Position numbers and translations under genes: made by a program. A stretch of 64,000 bases of DNA from a virus, in the IMG/VR virus record IMGVR_UViG_3300010413_000014, positions 1-64,000 of that record. The stretch is one strand, 5' to 3'. Below, in pieces: positions 1-9,085 of the stretch. Numbering within the stretch: position 1 is the stretch's first letter; each line of letters opens with the position of its first letter. The notes below the pieces were generated by a model, which had not been told where the DNA came from, did not search any database, and was given only the letters and a program-made list of their open reading frames with translations.

Positions 1-503
1 ATTGAATCTACTTGAATACCATTATCAAATACAATCATAGATTCCCCATCACCAATGAATTTATAAAAATGAAATTCATTATCTGTTGAAAATGTGTAAT
101 CACTTATAGCTATATTTGCTGTACTTACTATAAAAGACCTCAATGCAGATCCTACAACTCCAATATATACCCCCGTATTGCCAACATTAACTGCGGTTGA
201 AAATATTGCAGCTGCTGGAGAATAAGATTGTAATTTAGCTTCAAATGATACCTCAAATATTCCTGTTTGGTGTATAAAATTTGTTAATAATTTCGATCCT
301 ATATCTACATAAGCACTTCCATCCCCTTTATAACACCATCCATTTTTAGGTTCTCTTTCAGTACCAAGATTAGCAGACAGGTTCCCCCCGTCTGCTTTAG
401 TTCTTGCCTCTGTCATCGCAATAGGAATACTGTTTGAATCACGCACTATCTTATTCAGAACTCCTACCGGATTTTTATGTCTTTTCCCTTGATTTAATCC
501 CAT
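1..503 (-). CDS. Partial virion/tail protein, probable LamG/concanavalin-like domain; runs off the window edge
   Basis: Manual translation from ATG at 503 (MGLNQGKRHKNPVG...YKGDGSAYVDIG...FHFYKFIGDGESMIVFDNG) is open to position 1; directly follows the tail-fibre gene. Confidence 0.6.
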   Translation of the reverse strand, partial: MGLNQGKRHKNPVGVLNKIVRDSNSIPIAMTEARTKADGGNLSANLGTEREPKNGWCYKGDGSAYVDIGSKLLTNFIHQTGIFEVSFEAKLQSYSPAAAIFSTAVNVGNTGVYIGVVGSALRSFIVSTANIAISDYTFSTDNEFHFYKFIGDGESMIVFDNGIQVDS

Positions 504-505
504 AA

Positions 506-3500
506 CTAATCTTCAACATCTGTTAATGCTTTTACAAGAGTGTTACTTCGATTTCTCACTTCAATCTCCACTATTGCGCCAGCAGCTATACTATTAATTG
601 GGTCACCTACTGACCAAGCCCAAGTTCCACCTATATAAGAGATCGACTCTATGGCTGATGAGTTTCCTGAATTATCAATCACTAAGTAAGTAGTCCTTGA
701 GACAGTTGCAGAGTCATCTTGGAAGTCTAATCCGACGATTAATGTAGTGACTGCATTATTTACTGTTTTTGTGTACTGTTTACCATCTAGTGGTAAATTG
801 TATTGACTACCATCCCACGATGTTGGTGCTACGATCTCTCTTTCAGCAGCGCCACCTCCACCGCCTACGAGATTAATAACCTTCCATTCTCCAGCTAATG
901 CATTATAAACAAATTCATATACACCTCCATTCGCATCAGCTCCTGCTATGAATGTTGATGATCCTTCAATATTCTTACCATTACCATTGAAAGTTACACT
1001 GAAGGTTGCTGTTGAATCAAAGTAAGCCCTAAATCTCACACCTGTAGTTGGTGCCGCTGGCATTGAAACAGCAAATGCTGCAATTGCATTAAAAGTATAA
1101 GACTTTCCTGAAGTTAGGATTAATCCGTTATTTGCATTTGTTAGTGGAGTGTAATTTTGGATACCTAAATCAGCTAAATGTGCTAGTGTTCCACTCTTAT
1201 CTTGCATCGTATAAGTTCTATCTGCCGTTAAGGAAGATAGATTAAAACCCATTTGATACAGATTCAAATAGTCGTATATGCGAAAAGTGTCATTAGCAAA
1301 TACAGTACTAGCTGGAATTAATCCTCCACCAGCTCCAACATTAGCTACTTTTCCTCTCAGATCAATTACTTGCTGACCTAAAACACTTGCAGCTAAATTA
1401 GTATAAGTTCCATTATTGAGAGTCCTATGTCTAAAGGGAAGTCTTGCATTCAACAACCCAACACCTCTGAAACTTTTTGGAATAGTGGTGACTGCTGTAT
1501 TGTTAGGATCAGCAATAGCATCTGCATCTGATCCATAACTACCATTCGGTAAAGCTAGATATAACTTGCATTCATCTGTAGTTTTATTTACAGCAACCCA
1601 AATAACCCAATTAAACCAGCGACCAGAAAGACTCTCTCCGCTTGCTGTCTGTAAGGCTTCAGGATCATTCAGATTATTGATCTTGATATATGGATCGGTT
1701 GGATGGTTGATGATATAAATTCCATCAACACTAACCTTCAAAGCAGGAGTGTTTTGTAAATGTTTTTGCCAGGCTTTTCCTGATGTAAATTCAAAATCCA
1801 CACTATCTGGATCAGGAAGAGTTGTTACTGTCACAGTTTGAAGCATTCCTTCCTCAAACTCAGCAGGCAGTACTCTTAATCGTTCACTAGATCTTTGTAC
1901 GGCTGAGCGTCCATCAAACGATTTAGCATCAGTAAACTCCTGGCTCTTATATGCGCCTGTCGTTAGAAAGGTTGTTGCATCTGGAACGAGATAGTTCCCA
2001 ATATATGCAAATTGTCCAGTTGGTCTAGTTGTTGAGGATTGAAGAATAGCTACATCTCCAGACCTAATCACATAAACATAATTATCAACAGGAGCCTTTG
2101 AGCTTGCTCCAGCAGTCAAGGCTACCCTAGCCTTTCCATCTACACCAGCTCCAGTTCTACAATCCAATACATATTCTCTTTGACCAAATACATAGATCAT
2201 ATCACCTCCACCTAATCTTTCAACATCAACATAGATAACTCCACCTGTAGATAGTAGGGTAGTATTTTGTTTATCGTAACTTAATCCATTTATTAATTCA
2301 ACTGATTCGCCATATCGAGAATACTCAGTAACAGGAGAAACTCCTTTAATCCCCAGCATCGTTGGCTTTATGAACTTGGCTTGTTCTTGGTTCGATAGAT
2401 CTGTTGCTCCTGCTTCGAACGCAAGTACCCCCATTAATGCAACTTCTCTCAATTGAGGTACCACATTATAATCTTCAAACTGCCAACTTTGAACAGCTTT
2501 CTTTAAACTGTCGTATAAAAATTGTCCGTAATGAACAAAAGTTAAGCCGGTTGTTGGGCTATAGAAGATTCCATGAGTAGTACAATATCCTGTGGGAATT
2601 GGAACTAATACTCCTAATCCACCTGGATCATAATAGCTTGTATCGATATCGTTAGTTGGAGTTAATGTTGAACCTCCTTTTACAGCTAAAAATGTTAAGT
2701 CATCCTCTGCTTCTGATGTGAGATAGTTAGGAGTCTTAGTATCATTAACTCGATTATGGTTTAATGATAAAGAGACACCTTCCGTTCTACTTATCTTTAA
2801 TCCTCCATTAGAGAAGAATCGATTTCCTGAAACAGATGTTGTACCAAAAGCATTGAAGATATCATTAATCTTCAGATCAACATCTGCACTCCAATTTGAC
2901 AATGATCCAACTTTTGATATGCTGGTGTTATTTTCATGAACTATAACACCTATTTGAACTTTATCTCTAGTTTCTGAGGAAGATATCAAATCTGAATCTT
3001 GATTAAAAATAACCCCACCATTCCCATCATATTCCATAGATATAAAGGTGACGGGTTCGGTTGCGAGATTTTCAATAGTTACAGATTCTTGCTTTTCCCA
3101 AACTGCTATTCGATAAGTAGGATTTGCTTGATCAGAATATGCATTAATAAAATGCGCCTCTCCAGCTTCGATATCAAACTTTGAATTATCGAGTGGATTG
3201 ATAGTTAATGTTCCACCCCACACTATTCCTGTTGAAGTATTTTCTTTTCGAAAGGCTTCACCTGGACTCATAAACAATGAACTTAGATAATGTCCATTAA
3301 TAAAGATTTCGCCTGTACTACTTCGAAAGTTTACTGGAATAGAGTAAATGTTTCCATTTAAAGAGTATTCTGAAGCAACCTGAAAAACTACAGATTGAGT
3401 TGGATAATTAGTATCATAAAGCTCAATAGCTGCACCAACTGTGAGTTGAGATATGAAATCAGATAAATCTAATCCATTCAAATTCAGCTTATTGATCTTT

Positions 3501-3976
3501 ATGGTGGCGGTGTCTTCGTATGTAGCTGCATCAAAGCTCAAATAGCCCTGATTAGGATCTATTCCTGGCGATCCATTAAATTTATAGTCAGAAAATAAGG
3601 ACAGGGGAACTGGTACACCTTCTGATCCAGCACTTCCTGTTATATCATTTTGAAACAAGATAGTTCCACGATAAATGGTCCGCGTATCTTCTCCTTCAAT
3701 CTCTTGCTCTACATCAAAAAACCATTTGCCAGCTATTGCTGAGACTAATTCAGTTGGATTAATCTCGTCATAATAATCGCTAGCCTTTTCTTTTGAAAGA
3801 TATAGATACCTTCCGTCTTGCACCTCAAATTCTCTATACTCGAGATCATTTGGGTCGCGTTTCATCCAAGCTGTCAAGATTCCCTCGAAAGTCTTTCCGA
3901 GATCAATCTTGAGAGACTCTCCCCTCTGCGCCTTTATTGTGCGTACATTGGGAATACTATTTGATCTATAACTCAT
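506..3976 (-). CDS. Tail fibre / receptor-binding-type structural protein (1156 aa)
   Basis: Long, beta-rich, G/S/T-rich modular protein with glycine linkers, at the distal end of the structural module. Confidence 0.65.
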   Translation of the reverse strand: MSYRSNSIPNVRTIKAQRGESLKIDLGKTFEGILTAWMKRDPNDLEYREFEVQDGRYLYLSKEKASDYYDEINPTELVSAIAGKWFFDVEQEIEGEDTRTIYRGTILFQNDITGSAGSEGVPVPLSLFSDYKFNGSPGIDPNQGYLSFDAATYEDTATIKINKLNLNGLDLSDFISQLTVGAAIELYDTNYPTQSVVFQVASEYSLNGNIYSIPVNFRSSTGEIFINGHYLSSLFMSPGEAFRKENTSTGIVWGGTLTINPLDNSKFDIEAGEAHFINAYSDQANPTYRIAVWEKQESVTIENLATEPVTFISMEYDGNGGVIFNQDSDLISSSETRDKVQIGVIVHENNTSISKVGSLSNWSADVDLKINDIFNAFGTTSVSGNRFFSNGGLKISRTEGVSLSLNHNRVNDTKTPNYLTSEAEDDLTFLAVKGGSTLTPTNDIDTSYYDPGGLGVLVPIPTGYCTTHGIFYSPTTGLTFVHYGQFLYDSLKKAVQSWQFEDYNVVPQLREVALMGVLAFEAGATDLSNQEQAKFIKPTMLGIKGVSPVTEYSRYGESVELINGLSYDKQNTTLLSTGGVIYVDVERLGGGDMIYVFGQREYVLDCRTGAGVDGKARVALTAGASSKAPVDNYVYVIRSGDVAILQSSTTRPTGQFAYIGNYLVPDATTFLTTGAYKSQEFTDAKSFDGRSAVQRSSERLRVLPAEFEEGMLQTVTVTTLPDPDSVDFEFTSGKAWQKHLQNTPALKVSVDGIYIINHPTDPYIKINNLNDPEALQTASGESLSGRWFNWVIWVAVNKTTDECKLYLALPNGSYGSDADAIADPNNTAVTTIPKSFRGVGLLNARLPFRHRTLNNGTYTNLAASVLGQQVIDLRGKVANVGAGGGLIPASTVFANDTFRIYDYLNLYQMGFNLSSLTADRTYTMQDKSGTLAHLADLGIQNYTPLTNANNGLILTSGKSYTFNAIAAFAVSMPAAPTTGVRFRAYFDSTATFSVTFNGNGKNIEGSSTFIAGADANGGVYEFVYNALAGEWKVINLVGGGGGAAEREIVAPTSWDGSQYNLPLDGKQYTKTVNNAVTTLIVGLDFQDDSATVSRTTYLVIDNSGNSSAIESISYIGGTWAWSVGDPINSIAAGAIVEIEVRNRSNTLVKALTDVED

Positions 3977-4054
3977 ATTATTAAATTAATAAGTGACCAG
4001 CTGTTTACTCTAGCTGACGATTAGTTGGATTTGATTTATTTTGAATATGGGTTT

Positions 4055-4083
4055 AGTAGATAGGTTTTTGTAACCTATCTACT
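4055..4083. terminator. 12-bp perfect hairpin; possible terminator or processing site
   Basis: agtagataggtt / aacctatctact; no clear U-tract on the minus strand. Confidence 0.4.
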
Positions 4084-4089
4084 GAATCC

Positions 4090-5151
4090 TTATGCTATCG
4101 AATATAGTTCACTATACTTCCCTTCTGTTATAAGCTCATAAGTAGAGTCATATAGATTAATAGTGATTGGTGATGAGAATAGTCGGAATCTAACTCTATG
4201 AGTTGATCCCTCTGGAGCCACATCAACAATAAACCCTGAAACTCCAGACTTATCTTCCCAAGAGATTCCTCCACCTAAAATAAACTGTAGATTTTCACCT
4301 AATGTTTTACTTACAAGTATTTCTTCAACAGATCCACAAGTCACCTTAAAAGTAAGTGGTTCGTTATACCCTACTGTAAGTATTGGATTACCTTCACTTA
4401 TGATTGTTTTAGCGAATCCGTACCAGTTATTGATTGTAAGTGTATTATAGCTTGCACCAGAAGATGCATGAATTATCATTCTAATGATATCTCCAGGATT
4501 AGTTGTAAAGTTAACAGTCTTAGAGACATTTCCTTCCAAAGAATCATGATCTCTCAACACTATATCCTGTGTGACATTATAAACGCTAAAAGTGAGACCT
4601 GTCGCTGTATTAGAAGTGATTCCTATATCGCCACTAGTTATCTCATCAACATCAAAATCTACAGTATAAGATTGCAAGGCAACAATTTGTGGAGGAATTG
4701 ATTCCCGAGCTTCTCTGTGGTAATGTTGACATGTTATTGCTGTGTACTCTGACTCTTGACCATAATAGAGATTTGTTGCCAATACCTTAGCTCCAGCTTC
4801 TGGAAACATAGTCATTATCTCACCGCTCTCAAGTTCAAGTTCTATGATGAGTGGGATATTTGTCCATTTAGCTAATGATAGAGCAACATCATCAGACATA
4901 TTCTTAACACTAAAAGATAGCTTGTGTATATAAACAGTCAGATTATCCTCCCTCACTTCTGGAGTTGATTCTGGTTTAATAGAAGTAGGATTCGCTTCTA
5001 TGGATACTGTATCCAAATAACTACTATCTGGATTAAAACTGTTAAAACCTCGCCAATCTTTTATCGTTATATTGCCAGTGAAGCCCCGAAGAATATTCTG
5101 GGGGCATTTCACTTTAGCAATATCTCCAAGGAGTTTATCTGAACAAAACAT
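4090..5151 (-). CDS. Tail-tube-like paralogue with C-terminal extension
   Basis: N-terminal ~150 aa align by eye with the adjacent 190-aa protein. Confidence 0.5.
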   Translation of the reverse strand: MFCSDKLLGDIAKVKCPQNILRGFTGNITIKDWRGFNSFNPDSSYLDTVSIEANPTSIKPESTPEVREDNLTVYIHKLSFSVKNMSDDVALSLAKWTNIPLIIELELESGEIMTMFPEAGAKVLATNLYYGQESEYTAITCQHYHREARESIPPQIVALQSYTVDFDVDEITSGDIGITSNTATGLTFSVYNVTQDIVLRDHDSLEGNVSKTVNFTTNPGDIIRMIIHASSGASYNTLTINNWYGFAKTIISEGNPILTVGYNEPLTFKVTCGSVEEILVSKTLGENLQFILGGGISWEDKSGVSGFIVDVAPEGSTHRVRFRLFSSPITINLYDSTYELITEGKYSELYSIA

Positions 5152-5153
5152 AA

Positions 5154-5726
5154 TTAAGCAGCTACCTCTACACTTACTGCTAATTCAGCAATTTGCGATT
5201 CTCTCACTACAGCTACATCCGGCGTCTGAATAGTGATGCTATAGAAATTCGAATTCTGAGCACCGGTATATACACGCTCCAGAGCACCCATCTTCAATCC
5301 TTGTTCTGCGCCGAATAATTCGTACAATCCAGTTGAACGATCAACTGCGATAGCAATTACTTTTGATGCAGCAAGATCTTCTAATACCTTACGATCAGCC
5401 GCTTTCTTTGAATACACAGTAAAAGCAATACTATGTACAAACCAAGAGTCACCATCATCTTTCACCTCTCCAGTTACCGTTGGAATGACTGAATAATCAG
5501 TTCCTTCGAAAGTGTATTGGGATGCTCCAGTCTTCAACTTTATGGCGGTGAGTCCACCTATGTTATTGTTGGTGTCATCAGCTTCTCGGTTAGCAGCGTC
5601 AAAAGTTGCTGCGAAATCAAAGTCTTCATAATTGACCAAGATTAAATCTTTTTCTACCCCAACAGGAGCAGCAATAGTGGTACAGTCTTTCAAGATACCT
5701 CCACTAATCACATCATTACAGCTCAT
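5154..5726 (-). CDS. Major tail (tube) protein, putative
   Basis: Size, position downstream of the capsid gene and acidic beta-rich composition. Confidence 0.6.
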   Translation of the reverse strand: MSCNDVISGGILKDCTTIAAPVGVEKDLILVNYEDFDFAATFDAANREADDTNNNIGGLTAIKLKTGASQYTFEGTDYSVIPTVTGEVKDDGDSWFVHSIAFTVYSKKAADRKVLEDLAASKVIAIAVDRSTGLYELFGAEQGLKMGALERVYTGAQNSNFYSITIQTPDVAVVRESQIAELAVSVEVAA

Positions 5727-5760
5727 ATAGCAATTTTATTTTATCGGTTTCAAAAATCTT

Positions 5761-5792
5761 AAAAAAAAGGGACTCTGTATTAGAGTCCCTTT
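5761..5792 (-). terminator. Rho-independent terminator after the major capsid gene
   Basis: AAAGGGACTCT-AATAC-AGAGTCCCTTT stem running into a T8 tract on the minus strand. Confidence 0.85.
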
Positions 5793-5826
5793 CCGGTTAG
5801 TTTAATTTATTCTTAGTTTGATGCAA

Positions 5827-7176
5827 TTACGCGATCACATTGGTGGTGTAATAGCAACACTCTTCCGGACGAACCACAAAGATATCCAATGCAAAGGTCA
5901 AACACATACCCCACTGACGGTTGAACTCATTCAAACGAGCAACTGCCAAATTGTTGAAATCAGAGCTGCGAGAAGTGCCAAGCTGGATAGCATCAGTCTT
6001 CATATCACCTGTCATAGAGCAGAACAAGATAGTATTGTCTGGGAATGATGGGTTGGCAATAATATCGTAACCAGCATATCTTGCGATACCTTCTTCAGTT
6101 ACATCCACACCTTTGAAGTTCAACTGCAGACGTTGTGCTTCCATCACTAAATCGCGAGTTGCATTGGAAACCATAAACTTGCGACCTGGACGACGACGCA
6201 TAGCGCGAGTCTGACGCTTGATCAATAGTTCCAATTTATCGAAGATGTTGCTAGTGGTCAGAATTTCACCATAAGCTTCTCCGGTACCGCCACCGTGCGC
6301 ACGGAATGCGATGGTAGTATTATTTACCACCTGAGTAGGAGTAGCATCAGTAACTGAAGCCTCAACTCCATCTTCCAAAGTAGCAGCAGAAACAGCAAGA
6401 CGAGTTCCATTAGAACTTGCTAAATCAATACCGTTTCCAACAACACCTAAAGTGGAAGCTGTGATAGTAACTACTCCTAAAGCACTAACTGCAGTCACAT
6501 CAACAGATGGAACAGTTACTCCTGGACGAGCATCATTCAAGATTGAATCAGCCAAGTCAGCAGCAGCAGCGGTATCAGAAGTATCAATACTAAACTGAGT
6601 GTTATTTGCTTTTGCTCCAGAAACTGCAGTATAAACCAAACCATTAACAGTAACGGTATCGTCAGCTACAGCAGATGCACAAGTTACAGTTCCACTAGCT
6701 GCAACGGCAGGAGATGTTAATGAGGTTAATGAAGTAGATTCCAATTGAGGAATCAAACCGGTGATCGCAGGATCTGCGCTACCATTAGTTAAGATATCTT
6801 CAACGGCTTCAGCAGATGTTCCTAAGAACAATTCCTCCAAAGTAGCTTGCACTTCAGCAGGAAGACCTTCCCATTGGAAATCACCTTCTGGCTGATACTC
6901 TCTCCAATGAGTATGATAATCAACCGGATCAAAAGTTTCGAAAGATTCAACTACTACTAGGTTTCTTTTGAACGCCTGCTTTTGACTAGTGTTTGATACA
7001 CTAGCAGAAGGATCTGTAGAACGGGCACGAAGCACGTTCTTGATATCGTGCTTATAAGCATTGTATCCGTCGCGATCGCCCTCATTCATGAAAGCCAGAT
7101 CCATCTCTACAAAAATGTTATCAGTTAGTGCTCTCGCTAAAATTCCTTGGGGAGCTGCGCCTACATTAAATGCCAT
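5827..7176 (-). CDS. Major capsid protein (HK97-like, putative) with ~117-aa insertion
   Basis: Directly downstream of the ClpP protease/scaffold gene and followed by a strong terminator; C-terminal pattern (ARYAGYDIIANPSFPDNTILF...IFVVRPEE) typical of HK97-fold capsid proteins. Confidence 0.75.
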   Translation of the reverse strand: MAFNVGAAPQGILARALTDNIFVEMDLAFMNEGDRDGYNAYKHDIKNVLRARSTDPSASVSNTSQKQAFKRNLVVVESFETFDPVDYHTHWREYQPEGDFQWEGLPAEVQATLEELFLGTSAEAVEDILTNGSADPAITGLIPQLESTSLTSLTSPAVAASGTVTCASAVADDTVTVNGLVYTAVSGAKANNTQFSIDTSDTAAAADLADSILNDARPGVTVPSVDVTAVSALGVVTITASTLGVVGNGIDLASSNGTRLAVSAATLEDGVEASVTDATPTQVVNNTTIAFRAHGGGTGEAYGEILTTSNIFDKLELLIKRQTRAMRRRPGRKFMVSNATRDLVMEAQRLQLNFKGVDVTEEGIARYAGYDIIANPSFPDNTILFCSMTGDMKTDAIQLGTSRSSDFNNLAVARLNEFNRQWGMCLTFALDIFVVRPEECCYYTTNVIA

Positions 7177-7243
7177 AATAATAAAGTGTTAAAATTTTAA
7201 TTTCTTGTTGTTGTTATTTTATTCGCTTGCTTTATGAGAGTGC

Positions 7244-9085
7244 TTATTTGTTGTTGCTCTTTCCTTCCAGCATTCTAGCCTTCGCTTGTTGAAAGATAGA
7301 TTTTCCTGAATATGGATTAGCTTTAGCTACTACTCTGGGCTTAGTATCCCATACAGATTGAGTGTGAGTAGCCACCATCTCGATTGCCTCTGCCGCTATC
7401 TCGCCTGACTCTTCAAGTTTACTGATCTTTTGAGATATTGCTGCCATCTGAGATCCAAACTCTTCCATTCTGGAATTGATTTTCTCAGCCTCCAATTCAT
7501 TCACTTGCTTTTGTAGCTTCGCAATCTCATCAGAAAGAGCTTTGATTGTTCCGAGCATTTCTTTCCGAATCATCTCTTCTTCTTGTTTAGCTTTCAAGTC
7601 GGCAGCCATCTTCTCTTCTTCTGTCATAGGAGTTGCTGCAGTAGGCTTCATAGGTTCTTGTGGAGCTGGTCCTTCATTAAATTCTGCTGCAGGTTCTGTA
7701 GGCATTGCAGGTTCTGCAGGTTCTGCTGGCTCTGCAGGTTCTGCTGGCTCTGCTGGTTCAATCACCGGTTTGATATCAGTGATAACCCAATCTTCAATAA
7801 CTAGAGTCATTCCATCAGCCAATTTTACTTCACCTTGCTCAAAATTCGTGCGATCTCCGATCGCATATTGAGAAGGATCGTTTTGATAGATCTCAACCTC
7901 CCCCCCTTCTGAAGTACTATAGAGTTGATTGATGACATCTTTGTACTGAAGCATCGCTATCACTCTACTCAGAATGTTTAATGTTTTCTTCATATTACTT
8001 AACTTGTGTTTGGTGGCAACTGCTGCCGTTACATATTCTTTTTTCTCGAAATCGATTACCTCGTCAGCAAAGCCTAATTTTACAGCTTCTTCTGGCTTAA
8101 TAAAGGTTTCTTTTTCCATCAATTGCTTGATCGTATCTTCTGGTAATCCTGTGAAAGCCATATACAACTCTCGCATATGAGCTTCAAGCTCTCGCAATTG
8201 ACTTGCATACTCCTCTAACTCATTCGCATTCACGTATTCCAGATTAGGAACCATCGGATCATGAACCATCACTTCACCATACTTTGATATTAGCCGCTTA
8301 TTTGCAACTAACATGATCATCGAAGCAATACTATAAGCATTTGCTGTAACGATCGTTATAACGAATTTTCCCTTCATAGAAAGCTCATTTAACCATCGCA
8401 TGATCTTCATTCCTTCATCAACACTTCCTCCTGGGCTACCGATCTCGAGTCTTAGAATATCAAAACTATCAATATCTCCTGCTTGCTCTTGAAGATTCTT
8501 TAAAGTTACATCCTCAATCACCTCACACTCCATCTTAATGGTAATTGCTCTTGGTTGTGCTACATTCACTGGTTTCGATTTATTCTTAAAACGGTTGAAT
8601 GGATGTCTGGTCATTTTAGAGTTATATAACCATAATCGAAACACTTCTACTTGCACTTCGCTTATGTATCCACATCCAGACCACCCTTCTTCATAATTAC
8701 TTAAATATGCCTGCTTTGCTTCATCGATCGAGCTAAACCCAAACATAACCTTATGTTCATCGAATGCTCTTGTTGTTGGGTTTACTTGATCAATCACATA
8801 GAGATTATCGTTCGAAAAATCAGTACCTAAAAAGACATCGATTGGATCTCCATCTTTACCAACAGTTCCACAAAAGAAGCCATAAGAATGCTGCATTTGT
8901 GTTTCCCAAGATTTGCCATCTAGATCAACACCTCTCCTGATTGAGCCTAATGGATTCTCGATTGCAATCTTAAATCCATTAATTGTAACCTTTCCTTTGG
9001 AATAGTTACCAAACTCTTTCTGCTTTTCTGTTGGATTGATATTCGTTCGCTCTTCTGCAGCTTTAATTCTCTCTTCTAGTTTCAT
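7244..9085 (-). CDS. InPase-like domain + ClpP-type prohead protease + scaffold fusion
   Basis: N-terminal GNYSKGKV..IENPLGSIR..HSYG..GKDGDPIDVF..FDEHKVMFGF; central ClpP motifs SPGGSV, AYSIAS, VMVHDP, ETFIKPEEAVKLGFAD; acidic coiled-coil C-terminus. Confidence 0.8.
   Translation of the reverse strand: MKLEERIKAAEERTNINPTEKQKEFGNYSKGKVTINGFKIAIENPLGSIRRGVDLDGKSWETQMQHSYGFFCGTVGKDGDPIDVFLGTDFSNDNLYVIDQVNPTTRAFDEHKVMFGFSSIDEAKQAYLSNYEEGWSGCGYISEVQVEVFRLWLYNSKMTRHPFNRFKNKSKPVNVAQPRAITIKMECEVIEDVTLKNLQEQAGDIDSFDILRLEIGSPGGSVDEGMKIMRWLNELSMKGKFVITIVTANAYSIASMIMLVANKRLISKYGEVMVHDPMVPNLEYVNANELEEYASQLRELEAHMRELYMAFTGLPEDTIKQLMEKETFIKPEEAVKLGFADEVIDFEKKEYVTAAVATKHKLSNMKKTLNILSRVIAMLQYKDVINQLYSTSEGGEVEIYQNDPSQYAIGDRTNFEQGEVKLADGMTLVIEDWVITDIKPVIEPAEPAEPAEPAEPAEPAMPTEPAAEFNEGPAPQEPMKPTAATPMTEEEKMAADLKAKQEEEMIRKEMLGTIKALSDEIAKLQKQVNELEAEKINSRMEEFGSQMAAISQKISKLEESGEIAAEAIEMVATHTQSVWDTKPRVVAKANPYSGKSIFQQAKARMLEGKSNNK
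7706..7759 (-). repeat. Six 9-bp tandem repeats encoding an (EPA)6 linker
   Basis: tgcaggttc/tgctggctc units in tandem. Confidence 0.9.
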
